NCBI GenBank assembly: GCA_000388065.2 | Contig: KB932201.1 | From: Fonticula alba ATCC 38817 | Lineage: Eukaryota; Protista; Nucleariida | Reading direction: 5' to 3' (one strand) | Length of the DNA: 64,000 bases | Part shown: positions 23,056 through 34,286 of the stretch, in pieces | How the letters are laid out: every line of letters begins with the position of its first letter | Numbering within the stretch: position 1 is the first letter of the stretch | The notes under the pieces: model-generated | Databases searched by the model: none | What the model saw: only the letters and a program-made list of their open reading frames with translations | Told to the model about the DNA's origin: nothing | Position numbers and translations under genes: made by a program

Positions 23056-25131
23056 ATATGCATGACAGGAAGAGGAGGGGAACAGAAGGGAGGCGAGTCA
23101 GCACACACAAGCACACAAGGAGACACAGAGGGGGAGAGAGAGAGAGAGAGAGAGAGGAAGGGAGGGAGGACAGGCGAAGGAGAAAGGACGGAGGGGAGCG
23201 GGGAAGGATGAAGGAGGGCTGGCAGGGGAGAGGCGGCATGACCCCATGGGAGCCAGCCAGGCGCGCAAGAGGGGACAGCCACGCACCGAGCTCTGGTCTA
23301 GCAGGGTGGCATCCGCCAGCGACGGAGACAAGAAGGCCGAGCTGGGCGGCAAGTGCGGCGAAGCCATGCCCGGGCCGGAAGAAAGGAACTTCGACAGGGA
23401 GGAGGCAGCCACGGCGGACACAGCATGTGAAGGCGTGCGCAGGCGCTGACCAGCAAGGCCGCCAGCGGCCGTGATGGCGGCAAGGGAGCCGCCTTCGCCG
23501 GAGCCGGAGCCCAACAGGCCGCCGGGTCGCTGCTGCCCCGGATAGCCGCCGCCCAGGCCGTAGTGCGAGGAGGACGAGGAGGAGGAAGCCGAGGAAGAAG
23601 AGAGGTGGTGGCCATGGCCGGCGCCGGCCGAATGCGGCCCATGCGGATGCCCAGCCGCACCGCCGCCGCCGCCGCCATGGTGGTGGTGGTGGTGGTGGTG
23701 CGCGTGATGCGCATGGTGGTGAGAGTGGAGGGCATGCGGGTGGCCGGCCGGGGCAAGGGCATCGGCCGAGCCACCCGGACCGATGGCCGCGTCGCCGGCC
23801 ACGCCGCTGCCGCCACGCCCGGCCCCAGGGCCGCCGGCCAGGCCGGCTGCCGCGCCATCCAGGCCCGAGGAGATCGGCATCCGCGCCGGCATCAGGACAA
23901 TGAGATCCTGCAAATTGCCATCATCGAGGATGCGCGCGCGGCGCTCCAGCACAAAGCGCGTCGTCGGCAGGGACACCCGCAGCAGCAGGGCCAGGGTCGC
24001 CTCATTCGGAACCGGGGAAGTGGACCGGCCGCCGTTGTTGGCGCCGGCGCCGGCGCCATTGCCGCCGCCGGCGCCGGCTCCACCACCAGTGACCGAGGCA
24101 TTCAGCACACAGGCGGCCGTACCGCCGCTGGCAACCTTCTCCTTGATGAGCTGCTGCTGCGCTCGCAGGGCGGCCGCCGCGGCCGGGTTCTCACGGGAGA
24201 GGATCTCCAGCCGGCGATCGGCGGCCTTCTGGTCGTCACGGTTCTTGCGCTGGGCACCCTTGTCGCGGAAGATCTGCACCCGGCAGTGGCTGCTCTCGAA
24301 GATGTTGTCTTTGCGGTCCTCGGTGTCCGCCTGCAGGCGGAGGTGGATCCCCCGCGCGCCCTTGGTCCGGCTGAACTCCGTGCTCAGGCAGTTGAGCTTG
24401 ATGACCACCTTGGCCGGGCGGAGGCCATGCCACTGGAAGGACACCCCATCGAAGTCGGACGTGGTGTCGATGTGGCGAATGTTCTCCGAGGCAGCCTTGT
24501 CGATTTCCATCGGCCGAGCCGACCGTGAGGACTGCTGCACCAGCCACAAATGCCAGTTGTCGTGGCGCTCCAGCCGGTGCAGCGGGTCGTGGAAGCCCAC
24601 TCGAAGGACCGTGTGGTAGGTGGTGTCACGCTGCTCCGGGTCCGAGAAGTTCACCGCATAGTACTGGCCCTTGTTCAGGTAGGACAGCGGCGCGTCTTCC
24701 ACGGTGGCCGGGATGGTGGCAGTACTGACGTCCATGACGACATTGAAGCGGAGGGGCCTGTCAAGATGGACAGGTAAAGAGCCATACGAGGGGGGAATGG
24801 TGGGGGAGGGGGAGAGGGGGAGAGGGGGAGAGGAAGAAAGAGAGAGAGAGAGACTGGTAAGTGCACTTGCCGGAGATGGTGGGAAAAAAAACAGGCGCCC
24901 CCAGACAATGACGAGGAGCAACACAACGCCGGAAGACGGAGCACGCACTGCGGGACGGTCTTCGAGGGAGGAGGCTGGCCCTCGGCCATGACATAGGAGG
25001 GCCGATTGCCGGCGAAGCCCCCCATCGAGGCGTCAGAAGGCCCGTCGGCCCCGGCCGGCCAATCCGCCGGTGAGTCGTCATCCGGGACCGACCCATTGCC
25101 AGCAGCCGCAGCCGCAGCCGATGCGGAGGAG

Positions 25132-25166
<35 letters not shown>

Positions 25167-25467
25167 GGCCGAAGGGCCATGGCCAGCCTCGCCAGCAGCA
25201 TCGGGCCCGGTGGCCGAAACGGACATAGACGCTGGGTGCTGCCCGGCGAAGTGCCCGCCACCGGGCGCCGCGGCCGAGGCACCGCCAGCCGAGCCATGCA
25301 TGAACATGGAAGGGAAGCCCGAGCCAAAGGAGATCGAGGACAGTGGAAGCCCGGCAAACGCCGCGCCAACCGAGGCATACGGATTGCCGGCCGCCCCGAC
25401 TGCCGGGCCGCCCGGGCCACCGGCAGGCATGTTCCACATGCTCGAATGGGGGCCGGTCTGAGAGGCT

Positions 25468-25499
<32 letters not shown>

Positions 25500-27041
25500 A
25501 GATGAGTAGTACTCCGAGGGGTGGTGCTCAGCACCCGGGGGGAAATGCCCGCCACCGGCAACTGAGCCGCCATACACCATGCCGCCGCCGGTGGCCGCGG
25601 CCGCGGCCGCTGCTGCCGCCGCCGCCGCCGCCGCCGATGGCGGCATGTTGGGCGAGGCAAATACCCCGCCGACCGGCGCCGGGAAACCGGCATCCGCCGA
25701 CCCGACACCCGGGGGAGCCGGAGACATGGACATTTGCCCGCGCCCACGAGAGCGCGCCCCGCGGGCCATTCCCGCCGAAGGGTGGCGGAAGCCGCTGGAC
25801 GGGCGCATGGTGCCCCCGCGGCCGGCACGCATGGCCGCGCTGCCGCCGCTTCCGCCGGCGCCGCCACCCGGCGAGGAGGGGTTGGAGGAGCCATCATCCG
25901 GCTCCTCCTTGGGAGGAAGCGAGGCGGCCGCCTGGATGGCCGCGGCCGACTGTGTCAAGGACGCGGCCGCCGCGCTGGCCGCCGCCGCGGCCACTTCCGA
26001 ACTCCGGACCTTCTTGGTGGAAGAGTAGCCGACGGCCGGGCCGCTCGGGCCGCCCGGGCCACCGGCCCCCACGGCCCCGGGCTGGTCGAATTGATCGCTC
26101 GACGTGGCGGCCGGGGCATCCTGCCCGGCAGCCGAGGAATGGTGCGGACGCCGGGGGCGCTCGGCCACCGGGGCAACCCCCGCCGAAAGGGCTGGAGCCC
26201 CGGCGGCTCCGCGTGTGGAAACCGGGGCCCGCGCCACCGCGGCCGGGCGGCCGCCCGAGGCCTTGGCCGCCGGGGTGGCCGTCACGGCCAGGGGGACAGC
26301 CACGCCCGCCGCCGGCGAGGGAGTATCCTCCATCAGCAGCCCGGGGCTGGCCTGGCGCGAGTTGCCCTGCGAGTGGTCCGAGCGGCTGTCCATGGCGTCG
26401 AGATCATCCGGGCCCGTTGCCGAGTGACCCGCCTGGCGGTCAAGGTCGTCTTCGTCTGCCGGCGAGGCAGCATCATCCAGTGACGGAGGGGGAAGAAGCA
26501 GGGAGTCCAAATTGTCGGTCGAGGCGTTAGGCCGGGGAAGTTGGTCGCTACTGAAGGGGAAAAGAGAACCGCTGTGGCTGCCGCTGAAGCTGTCACCATC
26601 GCCGCCACCGCCACCACCACCACCACTGCCGCCACCGCCGGGGAGCCCCTCCGTGAAGGAAAAGGCCTCCCCCGAGGGCGCCCCCCCCAAGGAGGAGAGC
26701 GAATAGCTGGCGGCGGGCGAACCTGGAGCACCGCCCGAGGGCAGGAAGATGTGCGGCGCATTGCCATGGGCATGCTGCTGGTGCTGGGCATGCTGCTGGC
26801 CGGGGGTCGAGGAGGGTGGCTGCTGCGAGTACGCATGATGCGGGTGATGGGGATGATGGGCCCCGGCCGGGATGGGCCCCGACGAGGGGAAGGGGTGGTG
26901 GTGCCCGGCCGAGGGGCCGGATTGCGGCGAAAAGGGATGATGATGGGGATGATGATGGGGATGATGGTGACCCGGGGCACCGATGGCCATGCTGCCAGGC
27001 TGCGAGGAGTAGGGGTGATGCGCGCCGGTGGCTGCCGCCGC

Positions 27042-27072
<31 letters not shown>

Positions 27073-28444
27073 GAATGGTGGTGCGCATGAAGCGGGGCAT
27101 GGACCGCCGCTGCCGCCGCCGCCGCTGCCATGTATGCTCCCATGTGGGGGCCAGACGTGCCGCCGGTGCTCCCGCCATACAGATCATGCCCGGGCGAGGT
27201 GAGATACCCGTGAGTGGACAGGAGGACCGGATGCGCCAGGGCCCCGGAGTGCGAGAGCCCATGATGCCCATGGTAAGACCCATGGCCATGATGGCTGCCA
27301 TGGTAGGCACCATGCGAAAGGGCCGCCGTGTGGTGGGCCCCGGACCCGGTGGCCCCACTGCCCGAGAGGTAGCCGGCCGCCCCGGCAGGGGACAACGGAA
27401 CCAAGTGCCCGACGATGCCGGACTTGCTGCTGGCATGGTGGCCACCATGGTGGTAGGGGCTGTGCGATAGGCCGGTCCCGGAGATGCCATCATGCCCGCC
27501 GAGGGAATAGCGCCGGCTGGGAACCGGAGACGGGGGACCGGCGAGATCGCCGCCGGCACCGGCGTCGATGCCGGTCGACATCTCGGGCGATCCGCCCTCA
27601 TCCTCATCCCCGGCGGACGGGAGGTCGGCATCGCCATCGATGCCGGCATCCCCCGGAGGAGGGGGGGACGATCCACCGTCATAAACCGCCGGCACGATGG
27701 CCGAAGAGGAGGACGAGGCCGAGGCACCGGCCGAGGACCCGACCTCATGCCCCATGAAGGCCGAGTAGCCGTGTGCCTGAGGACCCCCGGCACCCGAGGA
27801 CCCCATCGGCCCGGGGTACTGCACCAGCAGTGGATGATGGTGCGGGTGATGGTGCGGGTGATGATGCGGGTGCGAGGACATTTGCATGTAGGGCAAGTGG
27901 TGGGAGGTGGCGCCGCCGCCGCCGGCCCCGGTGGCCAGGCGCCCGGCCGACGCCCCGCCATACAGGTGCCCGCCGGGCTGCTGGTGCCCGGCCGAGGAGT
28001 GCGGACGAAGCAGGCCGTGCGCCCCGCCGGCATGGTGTGCCGACACGGTGGACAGCGGGTGCGAGAAGGGCCCGCTGGAGCCGAGAGAGGTCCCCTTGCC
28101 GGTGTGGCGGCCTGTTGCCCGGTGCAAAGGACGGGGAGGAAGAGAGGGAGGGAGGGAGGGGGGGGGGGAGGGCAGGGAGAAAGAGAGAAGCCGGGATCAG
28201 CGACGGCCAGGGCAGAATGGGCATGACAGACGCATGGGGGAAGCGCACTGGAGACACCATCTTCAGAGTCGCCGGCAACAGGGTGCTCAGCGAGCACGTC
28301 CTCCGAGTGTACGGGCTGCAAGTCCTCCAGGTGCACATCGGTCTCATCGATCCCACGATAGTGAGAGAGGAGATCGACGTTGGAGTTGGATGCAAGGCTC
28401 AGGTCATCATTCTCGTGCTCGTCCGAATAGTCGGCGGGATACAT
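22271..28444 (-). CDS. Grainyhead/CP2 (LSF) family transcription factor, 1848 aa
   Basis: join(28444..28249,28111..24949,24757..23287,22987..22271), with phases checked. The CP2 DNA-binding domain has LSYLNKGQYY, LNCLSTEFSRTKGARGIHLRLQADT and CRVQIFRDKGAQRK. The C-terminal Grainyhead-type dimerisation domain reads LLLKRSGDQVYNAIFLERLTLDDLRRKISERY...KGLTVQVDDRMI. Confidence 0.93.
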
Positions 28445-31175
28445 TCTCTATTGGGCGAGTGGGGGTTGAGAAAAGGGGGGGGGGGGAGAACCAAGACAGG
28501 GGANNNNNNNNNNNNNNNNNNNNNNNNNNNNNNNNNNNNNNNNNNNNNNNNNNNNNNNNNNNNNNNNNNNNNNNNNNNNNNNNNNNNNCCGAGACAGGAC
28601 GAAGGGGGGGGGGAGGAGGGCAGGTGCACGGCAGGTCCCACGGACACCCGGCAACAAGGTGCGGGCAGTTTTGTAGACACGGCCGGGGATCCCGCGCGCA
28701 CGCGCGCGCGCGCTCCCGAGCCGGACCGCGCCGCAGACGGGCAAGGGGGCGCGCAGGGGGGGGGGGGCACAACCTCCGATTCTCGGCGGGCCCAGTGGAC
28801 GGTGTGCGTCCTGGTATAGCGCAGGACGCCCGAGGGCCTCTCCACCCGGACGCCCAGGTTAGCAGGGCCGCAAGGGCGGGCTACGTGTGCCCGGGCGACG
28901 CCGCGGTGCTGGGGGCCGTGTACTTCCCGCTTGTGTTCCCCGCAGCCGGTGGCGGCAGCGGCCTGGAGGAAGGGGGGGGGGCGGAACACATGCCCGCGCG
29001 GGGCCGGGTGGGCATCCCCCAGCCGAACTTGACATACGCGCCGACGCCGCGGGGGGTGCGGGCAGGGGGAGGGGGGGGGGGGGCGGCGGACCGCGAAAGG
29101 TCGAAAAGCGCGCAACGGGTGTTGAAACGCTCGGGGCCGCGACGACCGCATGCTCGGCCGGGCCCGCGCGCCCCCGGGAAGGGGGGCGGGAGACGTGGGG
29201 AACCGGAGCAGGGGCTCCCACAAACCGACATTCGCATTGGGCGCCCCAACTATGCAACCGGCGCCACAGCGGCGAGAATGGGGACCTTGCGTCGTCAGAG
29301 CGGGGCACCTTTCATGGCGCGGATGACGAACGCACCGGCTGTCGAGCGGGCCCCGGACCTGTAAGGCCTCCGGGCCGGCGCGCAATCAACCTCTCGTAAG
29401 GCCGAGGGCGGGGGGCGGGGCAAAAAACGGCCAGCGGCATATCGGGGCACCGCTCTCGGCCGGCGCGTGTGGGGGAGGGGGGAGGGGGGACACGAACAGT
29501 ATCCCCCAGAGTCGCACACTGCTCGCCTGGGGGGGGGGGAACAAGCAGCCCCCAGCCTGGCCCGGCCCAGCGCCGGTGGACACTCACGGGGTGGGGGGGG
29601 GGGGCGCACGCCCGCGCGGAAGGCCCGCATGGGTGCCTCCCCGGAACTTGGCCGGGCGAAACACGAAGCTCCCCCACCGCCACCGCGGGAGGGGCGCGCC
29701 CGGCGGACAAAATGGGCTACGGCTCGACCGATGGCGGGGCCCTTTCCAGAGGCCACTCGCACGAACCGGACCCGGCGGCGAGCCGGGAGCGGGGCCCGGC
29801 CAGGCCGCATACAGCGGAAGCCCTCGGCCGAGAGTGGGGGTGCCCTCGTGTGCCGGGCGCGTGGGTCCGGGGGCGAAAGGGGGGGGGGGGGGGAGGGACA
29901 TTGTGTGCACACCGCGACCACTGCCGCCACCGCCGCGAGGACGCTTTAGGACAGGGCCCGGCCGACGGCGGGCATCCCGCGCGGCGCACCTCGCCGCGCG
30001 GATACACATTAATCAAGCGCGCCCAGGACGCCTCCCCCGGCGCCCGGCGCCATGGCCAGATGCCCTCCGGGCGGCCGGCGGGTCGGCCCCCAACAACCAA
30101 CACCCGCTAAGTGGCCTCTTGCCGGTGCTTATGCACCCCCGCCCCCGCACGCATGCAGCGCCTCCTGGGCCATGTGCCTCAGCGTCTCACCGGCGTCCCG
30201 CGTTCCGCCCCCACCCGAGACCAGACCGACACACAGCCAAACAGCCACACACAGACCCAGGAAGCATGTTCGCACGGCACCCCGCACGGCCCTCTGCGTT
30301 GCACCCCGCTCCCACCCCTGGGACGACGGACCATGTTCGAAGGGCGCCCGGGGAAGAGGGGGGTTCACGCACTTTCAGGGTCCTGCGGCGCCCCGCCCGC
30401 GGACTGCGGGCCGGCCGCGTCCGCCCGCCCGCCCGGCATCTCGAGCGCAACTGGATCTCATTTCCCAGAACAGACATCGATCAGACCGCGCCCCGGATGC
30501 GCACAGGCAGGTGTGCCGCCCTCCCCCCCCCCTCCGGGGAAGAACAGACGGTTGCCTCGAAGGCACCGGACGCGTCGCTGCGTGTTTGTTCTTCCGCCAG
30601 CCTCTCTTTTCCCTTCGGCCGGCCCCGGCTGGTCCTCCCCCAAAGGCCGCCGTGGGTAGCGCGCGCCGCAACTCCCACGCGCTCTACACACGCCCCCTGT
30701 GGGGCGACACTGTTGCCAACGGTCTCGCCAACAGTGGCCCTCGCAGCCCATTCTTTCATTGGCCCGACGGGAAAACGGGGGCTTTTCTCGAGCGCACTCG
30801 CTCCCCCCGTCTTTTCTACTGCCGACCGCTTCCTCCCCCCCCCCCCCGGCCCTTCCCTCGACAACATGCCACCGTGCGCACAAAAACCGCGTCCGGCCAG
30901 GAGTGCACCAGGCTCTTCCATTTCACGGGCGCCCCCGGGGGCACCCCGGCACCGAGGTGCACATGAGGATGGCGAGAAAGTGCGCACCCGCACCGAGCAA
31001 GCGCTCCGTTTATCGCCCCCCCCCCCGTTCCTGCACTTCTCACGGCTGGCGCAGGCTCCTCGCCGTTGTACTCCTCGCGGCCCCCTCTCCCCCCGCGAGG
31101 AGTGGCATGCGCACAGGCACGCAGCACGACCAGGCAACTACCAGGGGGCTGGGCCGGTCAAGCGGGGTCCGCCGC

Positions 31176-31182
31176 AAAAAAA
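31176..31182 (-). terminator. RNA polymerase III terminator (T7) of the tRNA-Arg gene
   Basis: A7 on the + strand is T7 on the - strand, 7 nt downstream of the tRNA 3' end. Confidence 0.8.
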
Positions 31183-31189
31183 GAAATAT

Positions 31190-31263
31190 TGACCACGATG
31201 CGGCTCGAACACACAACCTCCTGATCCGTAGTCAGGTGCTCTATCCAATTGAGCTACGCGGCC
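31190..31263 (-). tRNA. tRNA-Arg (anticodon ACG)
   Basis: Reverse complement GGCCGCGTAGCTCAATTGGATAGAGCACCTGACTACGGATCAGGAGGTTGTGTGTTCGAGCCGCATCGTGGTCA. It has a 7-bp acceptor stem, D arm, anticodon arm CCTGA-CT-ACG-GA-TCAGG and a GTTCGAG T-loop, with no intron. Confidence 0.97.
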
Positions 31264-31465
31264 ATCTTGGACCATTGGTCCGGTCCCAGCCTACTTGAAT
31301 GTCTCTGCACTTGGGGGATGCCGGGGGCATGTGCAGGGGAAGCCATCCATCCCCACACCGCCCGCCACCAAGGATTGAGCCAAGTGCCCAGCGCGCCGCC
31401 CGCCACCAGATAGATCCACCGGTCAAGAAGGTGTGCCGCGGTCTGCAGCAAGAGCCCCCACGCCA

Positions 31466-31487
31466 ACGTGCGCGCACGCGCGCGCGC

Positions 31488-31533
<46 letters not shown>
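31466..31533. repeat. 68-bp alternating purine-pyrimidine tract (GC)n(TG)n, potential Z-DNA
   Basis: acgtgcgcgcacgcgcgcgcgcgcg followed by about 21 tg units, read directly. Confidence 0.8.
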
Positions 31534-31534
<1 letters not shown>

Positions 31535-31671
31535 TGTTTGCCGTGTATTTTGCGTGTATCAATGCTTGTGAGGAGGTGGGAAATGCAAATGGATATGCAA
31601 GTGCAAAGGGGCCAAATGGCAGGGTCCCCTGGGCGAGAAAAGGAAGACCCTGGCAAGCGGGCCCCGGGCGC

Positions 31672-32509
31672 CTAATGGGTCAGAATGAACACCGAGCAAT
31701 GAATGATGAAGTTCTCCTTTTATGCGAACAGCGGCGGCGGCGGCGGCGGCGGCAGCGGCGGATGCCCCTGGTCAGTATCAATGCGCCAGCTAGCTCAAGA
31801 GGGGAGTTCAAGCAGGATGGAGACAAACAAAGTGACGGCGAGAGGAGAAGAAGAAGAAGAAGAAGAAAAAGAAAAAGAAGAAGAAGAAGAAGAGGGAGGT
31901 GGCCAGAGCGCGCACATTTTCAAACAGCTCCTCAACATGGGCATCCTGGCTGGCATCCCAGTAGCAGAGCGCCTGTGCGCTGTGGAGGGAGATGGACACA
32001 GGTCACAGACAAGCAAGTCAGACACACGGGCAAATGAGAGGTACCAGGGAAGCCCAGAGCACAGGGGCGTCGGGCCGTGCATTTGGCCACCGGACACGCA
32101 CTTGATGCCGTTGGTGCTGTTTTTCGACCGCTTCACACTGAAGGTGTTGACAATGAACTTGTACTTGGTCGAGGAGTGCTCTGGGGCCCCGGACAAAGAC
32201 CAGCGTAGAAGCGGTGCGAGGGGGAGGTAGGGGGGGAGGGCGGGGAAGACAGCCACACGAACAGTTAACAGACCATGCAACAGGACAGAAACAGCCGGGG
32301 GAGGGGAAGAACCAGCGTCCAAGAGGAAGATCACACAACGAACCCTTGAGCTGCTCGAGGACCTCACTGGAAATGCGCCTCGACAGGCCCTCCTCCGAAA
32401 CGGCGGGCTGCTCGTCGCCAGACGACACGATCGACTGCGACCGGAGCGACGCACGGACAATATGCCGCGAAAGCTCGATAAAGGCGTCCAGTTCAGCACG
32501 AGAGGTCAT
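31672..32509 (-). CDS. DYNLT: Tctex-1 family dynein light chain, 117 aa
   Basis: join(32509..32344,32180..32102,31979..31916,31716..31672) gives MTSRAELDAF...ISSEVLEQLKEHSSTKYKFIVNTFSVKRSKNSTNGINAQALCYWDASQDAHVEELFENENFIIHCSVFILTH. This matches the Tctex-1 pattern KY-x-V...G...C(F/Y)WD...D...EN...C-x-VF. Confidence 0.8.
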
Positions 32510-33349
32510 GACGCGGGGGGCTGGGCAGATGCGCTAGGAGATGCTGAGGAAAGAAAGTCCGAAGTAGGGGGGAGAGAGAGGGAGGGAGGGAGGGACAGAG
32601 GGGAAGAGAGAGAGAGAGAGAGGGAGGGAGGGACAGAAAGGAAGAGAGGAAGATAGATGCCGGCCGCCCCGCAACGAGTCGGGCGCATCCCTCGTCGGGC
32701 TGTCGTTTCAAGATGTCCGCCCATCCGGACGCGGGGGCCTCGAAATGCATGCCGGTGTCTCCTGGGGGGGGGGAGGGGGGAACGTGCCACCTCCCAAGAC
32801 CAAGCAAGTAGACTGGAAGAGAGAGGGGCCAGGGCGCATGCCGCGCAGCCCCCTACACACCGGTGGTGCCGACTCTCGGCCCTCGGCCAGCCGGCCGGCC
32901 TCCCGCCACCTACGAGAGGGGCAGAAACAGGCAGGACATTAGATTGTCTTGATCATGCTGTGCATCACGTTATTCGCCTTCCGCGTGTGACGCCGCGGGA
33001 ATGCCGCCCGAGGTTGTCCGTCGGCAGAAGGCCCCTCATGGAGCGCGAACATGTTTGCAGGGGCCAGGAGCGCGGGCAGCAACAAGAGAGGGGAAGATCT
33101 ATTTCTCGTGACGCGCGGCACCAGACAATGTGCGGCCCGCCGATCGGCAAGGAGATGTGGGGAGTGCCCGAATGAGGGCACGCCCAAGAAAGAGAGGGGA
33201 GGCAGAAATGTGATGCTGCCACCAGGTGGCGCTTCAAAGAGATGAGAGAGAGAGAGAGAGAGAGAGAAAGGAAGGCGGGGAGATATCATATACACAAGGA
33301 CATGGGGTCAGCATCCACCCACCCCACCCCCCGGCACCACGGGCGCTGG

Positions 33350-34215
33350 CTAGAGGGTGGCAAAGTAAGTTTTGCCCGACCATGCGGAGGAGTCGGTCGC
33401 AAGGGACGCCGGGCCGGGGTCGCCAGCCGGCGAGGAGAGAGACGAGGAGGAGGAAGAGGCCGAGGATGAGGAGGACCCGCCGGGGGAGGCCAGATCCGAG
33501 CCGTCAGCGCGCGACGCCGGCGTCGGCGCCAACTGAGGCGGCACGAGCATCACATGGTCGACCATCTCCCGGTCATGGTGGTGTGGCGAGAGGCCGGCCG
33601 AGGGGGAGCCCCCCGTGGCCGGTGGATGCGGCGCCTGGCCCACCGGGACCGGCATCGGCAGGGGCAGGTGGAATGGGCCTGGCCCGGGCAAGAGCGCCGG
33701 AGCAGGCGCCCCAGGCGAATGCTGATGCGGCCGATGCAAATGCAAGGGGAAGAGATCGCGCTGGAGCCAGCTCCCGGCGAGGATCCCCCCGCCTCCGCCA
33801 GCGCCATTGCCCCCGCCGGAGGCAGGGGCATCATCCAGCGAACTGGACCGGGTGTGCGGTGTAACGGCCGCCGCACTCCCGGGGGTGACGGCCGCCGCCG
33901 CCGCCGCCGCCACATTGGCCCCGCCACTTCGGCGGATCGGCGACATGAGTGGCATCACCGGTGAGGTGGCTTTGCCCGAGCGCAATGGTCCGGGCGAGCC
34001 AAAGAGCGCCGTTGACGAGGACGACCGCAGCCGCCGGCCGGGGGTCCCAGTGCCGGCGCCAGTGCCGCGCATGCTGGGGTGCTCATCGCTGTGGGACTTC
34101 TGGTGCGCCGAAGGGGGTCCCAGCGTCCCGGAATACTCCATGGAGAAGGGAGCCGAGTCGGCGCGCAAGAAGGGTCGCCGGGGGCCGGAACTGGCGCTGC
34201 TGCTGCTGCTGCTGC

Positions 34216-34286
<71 letters not shown>

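Noticed and set aside
29576-31192. 538-aa + strand ORF upstream of the Grainyhead gene
   Set aside because: It is Pro/Arg/Gly/Ala-rich as expected from GC-rich non-coding DNA, has no domain, and runs through the tRNA terminator.
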